64,000 bases of DNA, from the NCBI GenBank assembly GCA_964412165.1, contig CAYPMW010000001.1:16316-80315 (forward strand). The letters run 5' to 3'. The DNA comes from an uncultured Gammaproteobacteria bacterium. Lineage in GTDB: Bacteria; Patescibacteriota; Microgenomatia; UBA10105. The notes under the pieces are model-generated. The model did no database searches, was not told the DNA's origin, and saw only the letters and a program-made list of their open reading frames with translations. Position 1 is the first letter of the stretch, and every line of letters begins with the position of its first letter. The translations under genes were made by a program, and so were the position numbers. Positions 40,914 through 51,131 of this stretch are shown one piece after another.

Positions 40914-42373
40914 AAATTCAAGTTTTAATCGCCCTAGTCTGGGTAATTCGTATAATAGGAAATTTAATGTCCTTCATACATTTATGGTATGTGAAGGAAT
41001 ACCGGTGGGACAGGATGATGGTTCATTTTCGTCGTACACGTCAGGGTAAAATGCTACTGTTTATTCCTTGGCGAATTCCCCCATTTACCCCAAAAACTAT
41101 GTTGATTTCGATTTTTTCAGTACTCACTTTGATACTTTTATATGTTTTTCAACCCGTAACACTCATATGGAAAATATTCATTCTTGATCTTATCACGTTT
41201 CCGGTGGTCAGTTTTTGGGTAACCATATTAGGAATACCAACCCGAATGTATCACCGACGCGTGATTGCCCGTGCCAGAGAAATTATTGCTTCACGTGATA
41301 ATTTGTTGACCGTTGGAATAACTGGGAGTTATGGTAAAAGTTCCACAAAAGAATATCTGTATACGATCCTCAGTCAAAAATATCAAACACTGAAGACGCA
41401 AACAAGTAAAAATTCGGCAATTGGTGTATCAGAGGTAATCCTAAATCACTTAAAACCTGACTATGAACGATTTGTAGTGGAAATGGGGGCGTATAAAACG
41501 CATGATATTGAAGAAATGGCGCTTATTTCCCGACCACAGGTAGGTATCATTACGGCAATCAATGCACAGCATCAAGATCTTTTTGGATCGCTCGAAAATA
41601 CGATACGCACAAAATACGAACTAATTCAAAATCTTTATGGGAAGCGAATTGGGATTTTTAATGCAGACAACGAGTTTACATTTGAGATGGCAGAGAGAGC
41701 GAAAAAAGAAGAATTTACTGTCTTTATATATACTCTACGTCGGGTAATCTTTAAGACCAATCATGTATTTTGGGGAGAAAAAATTAAAGCCACCTTAAAC
41801 GGTCTTGAGATGACTGTTAAATATAATCATTTTTCCCAGCCTGTAATGGTACCGCTACTCGGCAAGCATCAAGCTCAGAATATACTTGCAGCTATTGCTG
41901 GAGCTGTGGCGTTGGGTATGACCTTTAATGAAGCAGTCAGAGCGGCGAGACTGCTTAGGGCAAATCCCAAAACCATGGAACCATTAGCAGGAATAAACGG
42001 CTCGCTATTTATCAATGATACGTTTAATAATAACCCCGATGCGGCAAAGGCAGCCATAGAATTCCTAAAACTATCAAAAGGTAAAAGAATACTAGTGTTT
42101 CAACCCATGATCGAGTTGGGTGAGTTTACCGATGTTGCTCATCGAGAGATTGGAACGTTGGCAGCTCAAATTTGTGATGAAATTCTTTTAACCAATGACA
42201 ATTTTAACGCACCCTTCATGCAGGGTGTACTTAAAGCTAAAAAAAGGGTTAATCTTAGGATAGCAAGTCCTAAAGGGATTGCCGAGCACCTGGCAATCGT
42301 GGTGGCCAAAGATGATACTGTAGTTTTTAAAGGAAAAGAAGCTGAGCTTTCTTTATCACTGCTTACTAAATAA
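40910..42373 (+). CDS. murF: UDP-MurNAc-tripeptide--D-Ala-D-Ala ligase MurF, with an atypical hydrophobic N-terminal region
   Basis: GITGSYGKSSTKE (P-loop), LGKHQAQNILAAIAGAVALG and INDTFNNNPDAAKAA (MurF-type). The first 110 aa or so are hydrophobic and lack the canonical MurF domain 1. Confidence 0.65.
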   Translation: MKIQVLIALVWVIRIIGNLMSFIHLWYVKEYRWDRMMVHFRRTRQGKMLLFIPWRIPPFTPKTMLISIFSVLTLILLYVFQPVTLIWKIFILDLITFPVVSFWVTILGIPTRMYHRRVIARAREIIASRDNLLTVGITGSYGKSSTKEYLYTILSQKYQTLKTQTSKNSAIGVSEVILNHLKPDYERFVVEMGAYKTHDIEEMALISRPQVGIITAINAQHQDLFGSLENTIRTKYELIQNLYGKRIGIFNADNEFTFEMAERAKKEEFTVFIYTLRRVIFKTNHVFWGEKIKATLNGLEMTVKYNHFSQPVMVPLLGKHQAQNILAAIAGAVALGMTFNEAVRAARLLRANPKTMEPLAGINGSLFINDTFNNNPDAAKAAIEFLKLSKGKRILVFQPMIELGEFTDVAHREIGTLAAQICDEILLTNDNFNAPFMQGVLKAKKRVNLRIASPKGIAEHLAIVVAKDDTVVFKGKEAELSLSLLTK

Positions 42374-42376
42374 TAT

Positions 42377-43600
42377 ATGTTTGAGCGGGCTGTACTTATC
42401 GGTGTATCGCCGAATATTGGTTGGGATGACTGGCGTTTAACACTCAAGTTATTATTGCATCCGAGTGAGTGGTACATAGGCATCTGGGTCGGTAAAGTCG
42501 AGGACTGGTTTCATGATTATTTTCGGATCAAACACGCTGTCAGTTTCGACTCAGCCCGATCGGCTTTATATATCCTACTTACATCACTTGAATTGGATAA
42601 GGGGAGTGAGATACTTCTTCAAGCATTTACCTGCACTGCAGTTCCAAATGCCATTTTGGCTTCTGGTTATATGCCAGTATATACCGATATTGATGCAACG
42701 CTTAATCTTGATGCGTCGGATGCTCAAGCGAAACTCTCAAAAAAGACACGCGCTTTGATCATACAACATACATTTGGCGTACCAGCAAATATGGAGAAGG
42801 TATATTCCTTTTGTAAAAATAATAATCTTATTTTAATCGAAGATTGTGCTCATTCACTTAGTGCAACGTTTAAGGGAAAATTAGTAGGCACATTTGGTAA
42901 AGCTGCGATATTCAGTTTCGGTAGAGATAAGCTAATATCTTCGGTTTGTGGTGGAATGCTCATTACAGATGACTCTATTTTATATCAAAAAATAAAAAAG
43001 AGGCAGTCGGAATTGCCATATCCATCTCGGATTTTGATTATAAGGCGGCTTTTGCATCCGTTGATCACGTTACCCGCTATGTATATATATACCTATTTTA
43101 ATCTCGGTAAATTTCTTATCGCCATTTGTAGAGCAAGTGGACTAATTACACATCCGGTGTCAGACGACGAGTCAAGAGGAGTTATGTCACTTCGCGAGAT
43201 AAAAAAATTTCCGGATGCCCTCGCCCAAATGGCATTTCATCAACTCGAGAAACTTCAGGCTATGAATGTTCGTCGTAAACATATTACCGATAGCTATTTC
43301 AAGGCAATTAAAGGGGTAAAATTACCCTCGAAAACTACTGGAGCAGTGTATTTACGGTTTAATCTCCTCAGTTCACGCGCCGACGAGCTGCGTTTCAAGG
43401 CGAAACAAAGGGGTATACTACTGGGTGCGTGGTATAGCCATATTATTGATCCTAAATCAGTTGCTTATAAAAGTGTACGTTATGAAGTGGGCAGTTGCCC
43501 TCATGCAGAAAAGGCAGCTAAAGAATCGGTTAACCTGCCAACGTATTCACTGTTAACAGACAGACAAATAACTGAGGTGATTAAACTGATATCAGTCTAA
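42377..43600 (+). CDS. DegT/DnrJ/EryC1/StrS-family PLP-dependent sugar aminotransferase-like
   Basis: KHAVSFDSARSALYILL...ILLQAFTCTAVPNAI...FSFGRDKLIS (SFxxxK Lys motif). Confidence 0.6.
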   Translation: MFERAVLIGVSPNIGWDDWRLTLKLLLHPSEWYIGIWVGKVEDWFHDYFRIKHAVSFDSARSALYILLTSLELDKGSEILLQAFTCTAVPNAILASGYMPVYTDIDATLNLDASDAQAKLSKKTRALIIQHTFGVPANMEKVYSFCKNNNLILIEDCAHSLSATFKGKLVGTFGKAAIFSFGRDKLISSVCGGMLITDDSILYQKIKKRQSELPYPSRILIIRRLLHPLITLPAMYIYTYFNLGKFLIAICRASGLITHPVSDDESRGVMSLREIKKFPDALAQMAFHQLEKLQAMNVRRKHITDSYFKAIKGVKLPSKTTGAVYLRFNLLSSRADELRFKAKQRGILLGAWYSHIIDPKSVAYKSVRYEVGSCPHAEKAAKESVNLPTYSLLTDRQITEVIKLISV

Positions 43601-44266
43601 ATGATGCCAAACTTAAATGTAATTTCGCTAGAAGTAGGTATGATGCGCACAAAATGTTATCTGATTATTGATTCTGATTCAAGGGGAGCTGTGGTGATCG
43701 ATCCAGGCGACGAAGCGGAATATATTAAAACCATTTTAAATGACCATCATGCAACGTTGACTGAAATAATCGCCACCCACGGTCATTTCGACCATGTTTT
43801 AGGAGTATTTGAACTCCAGTCAGTTTACAACTGTCCATTTTATATGAATTCCAAAGATGAATTTCTTCTCAAAAAGTTGCCATATTCGGTAAAAAAGTAT
43901 CTGAGTTTGCATGACGAGGTATTCATTCCGGAAATCACGAAGCCTTTACAGGTAGATACATCCATTAAATTTTTTGAATTTGCAGTGGAGATTATCGAAA
44001 CCCCTGGGCATACACCAGGTAGTATTAGCCTGTATGTGAAGGATGAAGGAATTTTATTTACTGGGGATACTCTTTTTGCTCAAGGTGGTGTCGGTAGAAC
44101 CGATTTTTCATATTCCAACGCTTCGAAATTACGCGATTCGATCAAAAAGTTATTTCTATTCCCTTTAGATACCGTCATCTATCCAGGACATGGAGAAAAA
44201 TCAACACTCGAAGTTGAATTAGAGTATCATAAAAAATTTTTTTCATACCCAGACGAAAAAGGTTAA
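43601..44266 (+). CDS. MBL-fold metallo-hydrolase (glyoxalase II-like)
   Basis: ATHGHFDHVLG (HxHxDH), ETPGHTPGS, and a downstream GDTLF/HGE. Confidence 0.7.
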   Translation: MMPNLNVISLEVGMMRTKCYLIIDSDSRGAVVIDPGDEAEYIKTILNDHHATLTEIIATHGHFDHVLGVFELQSVYNCPFYMNSKDEFLLKKLPYSVKKYLSLHDEVFIPEITKPLQVDTSIKFFEFAVEIIETPGHTPGSISLYVKDEGILFTGDTLFAQGGVGRTDFSYSNASKLRDSIKKLFLFPLDTVIYPGHGEKSTLEVELEYHKKFFSYPDEKG

Positions 44267-44281
44267 TTAATAAGATGAATT

Positions 44282-45301
44282 ATGGATTTTTTAAAGATTA
44301 AACTTGTCAATAATCTAAGCCACTGGGATAAATTTATCCTAAACAAAAGTCCCTGGAGTTTTTTTCAGTCATACGCGTGGGGAGACGTACAACGTCTCAT
44401 CGGCATAGAGGTAATGCGTTTTGGAGTCTATGATCGTGACAAAATGCGAGGAGCGTTCCAAATGTTCATCATCAAAGCCCGTCGCGGAACATTTATACAC
44501 GTACGGCACGGGCCGGTTTTTGATACCCGGGACCCACATGCGCTGGTCAACTATTGGAATCTATTTACTCATGAAATGGTACGTATCGCGCATGAAAAAG
44601 GTGCTTTTTGTGTCAGAGTAAGTCCAATGTATAAGGATGATTTGGTGTATAGGCAAATGCTCGGTAATTTACATTATATTCCGGCACCAATTCATCGACT
44701 CGATTTCGAGACATGTTGGTTGCTTGATCTTCAAAAAAACGAAGCAGACCTATTTACATCTATGCGTAAAACCACGCGGTATCTTATAAGACAAGCTATT
44801 AAATTAGGAGTTGAGGTAGAGATCTCCCAAAATATAGATGCGTTTCTCAGATTGTATGAACGTACGACTGTTCGCCACCATTTTATACCCCACAAGGGGA
44901 TTCGTGAGGAATACTCGATTTACACTAAAAACAAGCAAGGCATACTCCTTTTAGGAAAATATCGACGGGAAGTTTTATCAGGAGCACTGATTATTTTTTT
45001 TGGTAATCAAGCTATCTATCATCATGGTGCATCATTAGCCAGTAAAATTCCTGCTTCGTATCTTCTTCAGTGGGTAGCGATACAAGAAGCGAGGAAACGC
45101 AAGCTTAAGTTTTATAATTTTGGAGGAATTGCCCCGCCGAACGTACCGCGTCATCCCTGGAGGGGTTTATCGCTTTTTAAAAGAGGGTTTGGTGGAGAGG
45201 AAATTCATTTCATACACGCTCATGATCTTCCCACGAGTCCTCTCTATGGAGTATCATATACACTGGACAAGATAAGAAAAATAGTTCGCGGATACGAATA
45301 A
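44282..45301 (+). CDS. FemAB/FemX-family aminoacyl-tRNA-dependent peptidoglycan peptide-branch transferase-like
   Basis: The N-terminus WDKFILNKSPWSFFQSYAWGDV is characteristic of FemABX proteins; about 340 aa with a duplicated GNAT-like layout. Confidence 0.55.
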   Translation: MDFLKIKLVNNLSHWDKFILNKSPWSFFQSYAWGDVQRLIGIEVMRFGVYDRDKMRGAFQMFIIKARRGTFIHVRHGPVFDTRDPHALVNYWNLFTHEMVRIAHEKGAFCVRVSPMYKDDLVYRQMLGNLHYIPAPIHRLDFETCWLLDLQKNEADLFTSMRKTTRYLIRQAIKLGVEVEISQNIDAFLRLYERTTVRHHFIPHKGIREEYSIYTKNKQGILLLGKYRREVLSGALIIFFGNQAIYHHGASLASKIPASYLLQWVAIQEARKRKLKFYNFGGIAPPNVPRHPWRGLSLFKRGFGGEEIHFIHAHDLPTSPLYGVSYTLDKIRKIVRGYE

Positions 45302-45349
45302 TACTTAAAGCGCCCTAAAAATTGCCGACTTCGATTATAATAAATATAT

Positions 45350-45721
45350 ATGGAAACTATCAGACAGCATCATATTTCCTTAAAAAATGCATTTTCAGGG
45401 ATTTGGTGGGCACTGAGGACCCAGCCGAACTTTAAGATACATCTCACACTTTCTATACTCGCGGTTTTTTTGGGAGTAATATTTAAACTAACACTCCCTG
45501 AATGGGTGATACTCATCTTTACTATTTTTTGGGGACTGGCGACTGAAATGCTTAACACCAGCATTGAGGCGATAACGGATTTAGTTACTCAGGAATGGAG
45601 ACAGGAAGCTAAGATCGCTAAAGACGTATCAGCCGGGATGATGCTCGTAGTGGCACTTGGCGCGCTGTGTATAGGGTTTATATTATTTGTGCCGAAAATA
45701 TGGCATTTGATTATTACCTAA
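45350..45721 (+). CDS. dgkA: Diacylglycerol/undecaprenol kinase (DgkA family)
   Basis: 123 aa with 3 TM helices and the ATEMLNTSIEAITDLV motif. Confidence 0.7.
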   Translation: METIRQHHISLKNAFSGIWWALRTQPNFKIHLTLSILAVFLGVIFKLTLPEWVILIFTIFWGLATEMLNTSIEAITDLVTQEWRQEAKIAKDVSAGMMLVVALGALCIGFILFVPKIWHLIIT

Positions 45722-45725
45722 ACGC

Positions 45726-46766
45726 ATGATCATTATTCTCACCATATTACTTTTTTCCGTAATTCTTAATAGCTTACTTTTCATACCATTCATTAATTTA
45801 CTATATAAGATCAGATTCCAAAGGCAGAAACAGCAAACTAAGGATGCATTTGATCAGCCTACGCCAATTTTTGATAGATTACATAATACTAAAGTTGGAA
45901 TTCCAGTTGGGGGAGGATTATTGATCCTGTTTACGACAGCAATGTTATTTCCCATACTTCTGTTACTTTTCAAATTTTTCTTCATACCCATTACTGCTCT
46001 TTACTCATTGGAACAAGAAGTAAAAATTGTGATGTTTACGTTTTTATCATTTGCGGTACTTGGATTATATGACGATTTAAAAAAGACATTTGATATTAGA
46101 AAAAATGCTTTTTTCGGATTACGGTTGCGTCATAAACTAATCATTGAAATTATTTTATCACTTATCGTTTCTTACTGGATGTTTTTTGAATTAAAAATTC
46201 AAATAATTCATATACCGTTGGTAGGAGTCGTAAGTTTGGGGGTATTTTTCATACCGTTTGCAGTATTTGTGATGGTTGCTTTCAGTAATGCATATAATAT
46301 TACCGATGGGTTAGATGGACTAGCTGCAGGAATTTTGCTTATATCACTTATGGCGTTTCTGGTGATCTCAGCTTCGATTATTGATACGTCTTTGTCAATT
46401 TTTCTCGCTCTCTGGCTTGGAGGAATTCTGGCATTTTTATACTTTAATGTATATCCAGCCAGGATTATATTGGGAGATGTTGGCGCTCTCTCGTTTGGCG
46501 CCACGTTTGCTGTCATTGGACTACTACTCGGTAAAACGTTTGCCTTACTCGTGATTGGAGGAATTTTTGTGATTGAGGTAGCCTCATCGCTCCTTCAGCT
46601 GTTATCAAAAAAATTTCTCAAAAAGAAGGCATTTGAAGTCTCACCACTACATCTACTACTCCAACACCGAGGGTGGCCTGAGCCTAAAGTGGTAATGAGG
46701 TTTTGGATAGTCAGCATTATACTATCCATCTTAGGCCTTTGGTTTGCCTTAATCACCAGACAATAA
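45726..46766 (+). CDS. mraY: Phospho-N-acetylmuramoyl-pentapeptide transferase MraY
   Basis: AFSNAYNITDGLDGLAAG and a polytopic topology. Confidence 0.9.
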   Translation: MIIILTILLFSVILNSLLFIPFINLLYKIRFQRQKQQTKDAFDQPTPIFDRLHNTKVGIPVGGGLLILFTTAMLFPILLLLFKFFFIPITALYSLEQEVKIVMFTFLSFAVLGLYDDLKKTFDIRKNAFFGLRLRHKLIIEIILSLIVSYWMFFELKIQIIHIPLVGVVSLGVFFIPFAVFVMVAFSNAYNITDGLDGLAAGILLISLMAFLVISASIIDTSLSIFLALWLGGILAFLYFNVYPARIILGDVGALSFGATFAVIGLLLGKTFALLVIGGIFVIEVASSLLQLLSKKFLKKKAFEVSPLHLLLQHRGWPEPKVVMRFWIVSIILSILGLWFALITRQ

Positions 46767-46770
46767 ATCT

Positions 46771-48165
46771 ATGGATTTTTCTGATAAAAAAGTTGCCATC
46801 ATGGGGCTTTCTGTTGAAGGGACTGACTCTGCAAAATTTTTTGCTCACGAGGGTGCAGATGTGCATTGTTTCGACAGGCGTTCAAAAGCAGATTTCGTCG
46901 AATCAATCAAAGACTTGGAGCTACTGGGTGTAAAATTTAATTTTGGACCTGACTACCTTTCAGAACTCGAAACATTTGATCTCATAGTCCGAACGCCAGG
47001 CATGAATTTAAATTTACCCCAGTTAGTTAGAGCAAAAGCACGTGGTCAGATTATCACAAGTCTGACTAAGATATTTTTCGAGTTGTGTCAGGCACCGATT
47101 ATTGGTGTCACGGGTACAAAAGGCAAAGGCACGACGTCAGCACTGATCGGAGAGATTCTAAAAACAAACGGAGATATGGTGTATGTGGGAGGAAATATCG
47201 GTACACCGCTTTTATCCCAAGTCAGAAAGATCACGCGGAAAGATTGGATTGTGCTTGAACTTTCGTCATTTCAACTTGAGGATCTTACTCAGAGTCCACA
47301 CATAGCTGTGGTATTAAATATTACTCAAGATCATCTTAAAAATTTTGATCCTTATTCGACAAATTACCATAAAACGAAAGTAGACTATATTCAAGCAAAA
47401 ACATCTTTAGTTAGGTATCAAACGAATGATGATTTCTGTGTGGTTAATGCCGATTACGACGTTTCGAAGACATTTGCGTCATTAACTCAGGCGCAAAAAT
47501 ATTATTTTTCTAGTAAATTTCCCACTCAAGGAGTATATGTAAAAGATAATCAGCTTATATTAGAAATCCGAAATACCTATTTTGAGATTTGTCGTTCAAG
47601 CGAATTTCAGTTGCGTGGAAAGCATAATTGGGAAAATATTGCTGCTGCCTCGCTTTCTGCTTATCTAGCTGGGGCAAGTAAAGATAGCATCCGGCAGGCT
47701 GTTAGAGCATTTCGAGGTCTGGCGCATCGTTTGGAATATGTGGGTGAAAAAAATGGAATCAAGTATTACGACGATTCATTTTCAACTACGCCTGAAACAT
47801 CAATCGCCGCACTAAAATCTTTCGCAGAACCAATCATATTAATTGTAGGCGGTTCAGAAAAGGGGTCTGATTACACCGAGTTGGGTAAAACTATATCTGA
47901 TTCAAAAATTAGATGCATAATTCTTATCGGTACTACTGCAGAAAAAATTGAGAAAGCTGTTTTTCATGCGTGTGAGAGAGCAAAAATTAGAGTACCTCCA
48001 ATTATTAGGCATCCTGGGAATATGGAAGATATAGTCAAAGCCGCTCGCAGTGTGGCATCACCCGGAGATGTAGTACTACTTTCACCAGCATGTGCCTCAT
48101 TTGATATGTTTAAGAATTACAAAGAACGAGGAAAACTTTTCAAACAATATGCCAAGACGAATTGA
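46771..48165 (+). CDS. murD: UDP-N-acetylmuramoylalanine--D-glutamate ligase MurD
   Basis: N-terminal Rossmann KVAIMGLSVEGTDSAKFF and the P-loop GVTGTKGKGTT. Confidence 0.8.
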   Translation: MDFSDKKVAIMGLSVEGTDSAKFFAHEGADVHCFDRRSKADFVESIKDLELLGVKFNFGPDYLSELETFDLIVRTPGMNLNLPQLVRAKARGQIITSLTKIFFELCQAPIIGVTGTKGKGTTSALIGEILKTNGDMVYVGGNIGTPLLSQVRKITRKDWIVLELSSFQLEDLTQSPHIAVVLNITQDHLKNFDPYSTNYHKTKVDYIQAKTSLVRYQTNDDFCVVNADYDVSKTFASLTQAQKYYFSSKFPTQGVYVKDNQLILEIRNTYFEICRSSEFQLRGKHNWENIAAASLSAYLAGASKDSIRQAVRAFRGLAHRLEYVGEKNGIKYYDDSFSTTPETSIAALKSFAEPIILIVGGSEKGSDYTELGKTISDSKIRCIILIGTTAEKIEKAVFHACERAKIRVPPIIRHPGNMEDIVKAARSVASPGDVVLLSPACASFDMFKNYKERGKLFKQYAKTN

Positions 48166-49273
48166 TCACCAAAAGCGCTCACGTGTGGTAACTAAAAGGT
48201 GGAGAATTGATTTACCGCTTCTGGTAACGCTTATTGGTTTATCACTTTTTGGTCTTGTAGCTATATTTAATGCTTCAACAGTGATAGCCTTAAGGGATTT
48301 TGGTAATCAGTACTATTTTTTTAAAGACCAGCTGAAATTTCTCCTCATTGGATTTATTACCCTGGGAGTGATCTCTCAGATTCATTACCGTCATTGGTAT
48401 ATTGTATCAGTACCACTTCTGATAATCACTATACTACTACTACTGGCTGTATTTATTCCAGGGATAGGAGTGCATGCACTAGGAGCTAAACGATGGGTGA
48501 ATCTAGGATTTATCATTCTTCAGCCAACAGAACTTGCCAAATTAACTATCGTGATATATTTATCTGCATGGTTCTCAAGAAAAGAAAAGGGCCGGTTACT
48601 CCCATTTTTAGTTTTAGTCGGACTCATACTTGGATTAGTCATATTACAGCCAGATTTGGGTACAGCGGTTATTATCATCACTATCGCAGGTGTACTATAT
48701 TTTCTCTCTGGTGCTCCACTAAAACATTTTTTTCTTCTGGCACCTCTCCTATTAGGTATTTTTGTAATACTTGCTGTCATCGCTCCCTATCGTTTTACTC
48801 GAATTATGACTTTTTTAAACCCTAATATCGATCCCTTAGGTTCTTCGTATCATATTCGGCAAATACTTATTGCTCTTGGATCAGGAGGTATGTTTGGTGT
48901 TGGGCTTGGTAAATCCAGACAAAAATTTGAATATTTGCCCGAAGCAAACACAGACTCAATTTTTGCGGTGATTGGAGAGGAAATTGGTTTTTTTGGAGCC
49001 CTTGTAATACTTGTATGTTTCCTGTTTATTTTCCACCGGACGTTTCTTATTGCCCGGAAATCACCTGATATGTTCAGTTTCCTTCTCGGATGTGGAATAG
49101 CTACATGGTTCTCAGTCCAAACACTTATTAATTTAGCATCGATGGTAGCGTTGGTGCCTTTAACGGGAGTGCCTTTACCACTTCTATCGTATGGAGGATC
49201 AAATTTGATTAGTCTGCTTATCGGTTTTGGAATTGTGTGTAATATAAGCACAAAATCCTCTCCGCAGACATGA
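48149..49273 (+). CDS. ftsW: SEDS-family peptidoglycan glycosyltransferase FtsW
   Basis: SEDS motifs (LQPSE-like LQPTELAKL, PDLGTAVI and GGSN), at the dcw position between murD and murG. The start is taken at the internal ATG MPRRID. Confidence 0.8.
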   Translation: MPRRIDHQKRSRVVTKRWRIDLPLLVTLIGLSLFGLVAIFNASTVIALRDFGNQYYFFKDQLKFLLIGFITLGVISQIHYRHWYIVSVPLLIITILLLLAVFIPGIGVHALGAKRWVNLGFIILQPTELAKLTIVIYLSAWFSRKEKGRLLPFLVLVGLILGLVILQPDLGTAVIIITIAGVLYFLSGAPLKHFFLLAPLLLGIFVILAVIAPYRFTRIMTFLNPNIDPLGSSYHIRQILIALGSGGMFGVGLGKSRQKFEYLPEANTDSIFAVIGEEIGFFGALVILVCFLFIFHRTFLIARKSPDMFSFLLGCGIATWFSVQTLINLASMVALVPLTGVPLPLLSYGGSNLISLLIGFGIVCNISTKSSPQT

Positions 49274-50370
49274 AGAAGATATTTATTACTGGAGGACATC
49301 TCACACCGGCGCTAGCAATGATTGATGAGCTCAAAAAGCGTGATTTCGGGATTTTTTATATCGGGAGAAAGTACGCCCTTGAAGGCGAATCGGTGGAATC
49401 TGAAGAATGGCGAGTCATGGGTGAAAAAAAAATATCTTTTTTGGAGTTAACGACTGGCCGACTCCAAAGAAGATTAACCTCCTATACAGTTTATTCAATC
49501 TTAAAAATTCCGTTTGGAATTATACAGGCTTCTCGATACGTCACCACTTACAAACCAGATGTAATTCTCTCGTTTGGTGGATATGTAGCTCTACCTCTTG
49601 CCTATGCCGGATGGTTACAAAAAGTGCCCATCGTCACACACGAACAGACGGTTATACAAGGACTAGCCAATCGGTTTATCTCAAAAATATCTGCCAGAAT
49701 CTGTACATCGTGGCCATCTCAAAATTACGCGCGAGGTGATAAATGCACCTATACGGGGAATCCTTTGCGGAAAGAAATCTTTCAGCATAAAACGTTTCCG
49801 CCTAGGAAATCCAACAAACCCGTGATTTATATTACCGGAGGAAATCTTGGTTCCCACTCAATCAATGTACTGATAAAAGAAATGCTTACACCTTTACTTG
49901 AAGATTTTGTTGTAGTTCACCAGTGCGGCAGATCTCGAGTATATAATGATTTTAAATCATTAAGCGATTTACGCTCCAAACTACCGGCGAATTTGCAGGC
50001 TGATTATTATCTATTCGAATATATAGGAGACGACTTAATAGGGACTATCCTAAATGCTGCCGAAATTGTGGTATCAAGAGCCGGCGCCAATACAATTATG
50101 GAACTGATGGCGTTGAGAAAGGCAGCTCTACTTATTCCTTTACCGTGGTCTGGTGGCGCAGAACAACAAAAAAATGCTGAATTTCTAGTCGACCGTAGAG
50201 CAGCACTAGTTCTTAAACAAGAAGATCTTACTTCGGATACATTACTCCGTACAATACATACCGTATACCGAGATCGCCAGATGTATAAAAATAATATGAA
50301 TCAACTACGCTCACTCGTGATATCAGACGCAGCCTCTCGAATCGCTGACGTGATAGAATCCGTACTGTGA
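49270..50370 (+). CDS. murG: Undecaprenyldiphospho-muramoylpentapeptide beta-N-acetylglucosaminyltransferase MurG
   Basis: MKKIFITGGHLTPALAM (the GGTGGH-type N-terminus), a GT28 layout, and the dcw position. Confidence 0.8.
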   Translation: MKKIFITGGHLTPALAMIDELKKRDFGIFYIGRKYALEGESVESEEWRVMGEKKISFLELTTGRLQRRLTSYTVYSILKIPFGIIQASRYVTTYKPDVILSFGGYVALPLAYAGWLQKVPIVTHEQTVIQGLANRFISKISARICTSWPSQNYARGDKCTYTGNPLRKEIFQHKTFPPRKSNKPVIYITGGNLGSHSINVLIKEMLTPLLEDFVVVHQCGRSRVYNDFKSLSDLRSKLPANLQADYYLFEYIGDDLIGTILNAAEIVVSRAGANTIMELMALRKAALLIPLPWSGGAEQQKNAEFLVDRRAALVLKQEDLTSDTLLRTIHTVYRDRQMYKNNMNQLRSLVISDAASRIADVIESVL

Positions 50371-51110
50371 GATATCACACAAGACGTAGATACCAGCCTC
50401 TTCGTTTGGTAGTTAATTTGGTACTGGCAGTATGTCTCCTGTCAATCTTTCTGATTTCTACGGTCTTTAAGCTGAGAACTATCGTAATTTATGGAAGTCC
50501 TCAAGAGTTTACTAATTTTAACTTTCTGAGTCACAGTCAAAATATACTTTTTATAGATACTCACGCTTTAGAAAAAGAAATTTCGTTACGTCATCCTTCA
50601 ATAAAATCGGTTAAGGTAACTAAGCGATTTCCGGATTCGTTAGAAATATATATTGAAGTGCGTACGCCAATTATGAGAATAACTGTAGGTAGTGAGGGAT
50701 TATTTATTGACCAAGAAGGGAAAGTATTGTCTGCTGACGCGAGTCAAAAGCATTTGGATTATCCGACTTTACGCTGCCTAGTTGACAAAGCGAATGTCGG
50801 AGAAGTATTGGATGTGCCAAATATTGTGTTGGTAGCCGAGACAGTTAATACAATTTTGGAACATAAGACAGCAAAAATCAAAGAAGTTTCTTGTCAGGAT
50901 GATGGTAGCTTTAGTTTTTTGGCTGACGGGTTGGAGATAATTATTTCGGCTCAAAATAATCCTGATGATATCGACTCCTCTTTACAATACTTATTTAAAC
51001 AGTTTAGAATAGAAGGAACAAGACCAAAAAAAATTGATCTCCGTTTTAACAAGCCGGTATTTAATCCGGTACAATTTGAAGAGGCATCAGGTACGGAAGA
51101 CTTAGAATGA
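50367..51110 (+). CDS. ftsQ: Cell division protein FtsQ/DivIB-like
   Basis: GTG start in a GTGA overlap. There is a single TM helix and a POTRA-like region. It sits in the position before ftsA. Confidence 0.5.
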   Translation: MRYHTRRRYQPLRLVVNLVLAVCLLSIFLISTVFKLRTIVIYGSPQEFTNFNFLSHSQNILFIDTHALEKEISLRHPSIKSVKVTKRFPDSLEIYIEVRTPIMRITVGSEGLFIDQEGKVLSADASQKHLDYPTLRCLVDKANVGEVLDVPNIVLVAETVNTILEHKTAKIKEVSCQDDGSFSFLADGLEIIISAQNNPDDIDSSLQYLFKQFRIEGTRPKKIDLRFNKPVFNPVQFEEASGTEDLE

Positions 51111-51131
51111 GTATAAAATGAGTTTGTATAT

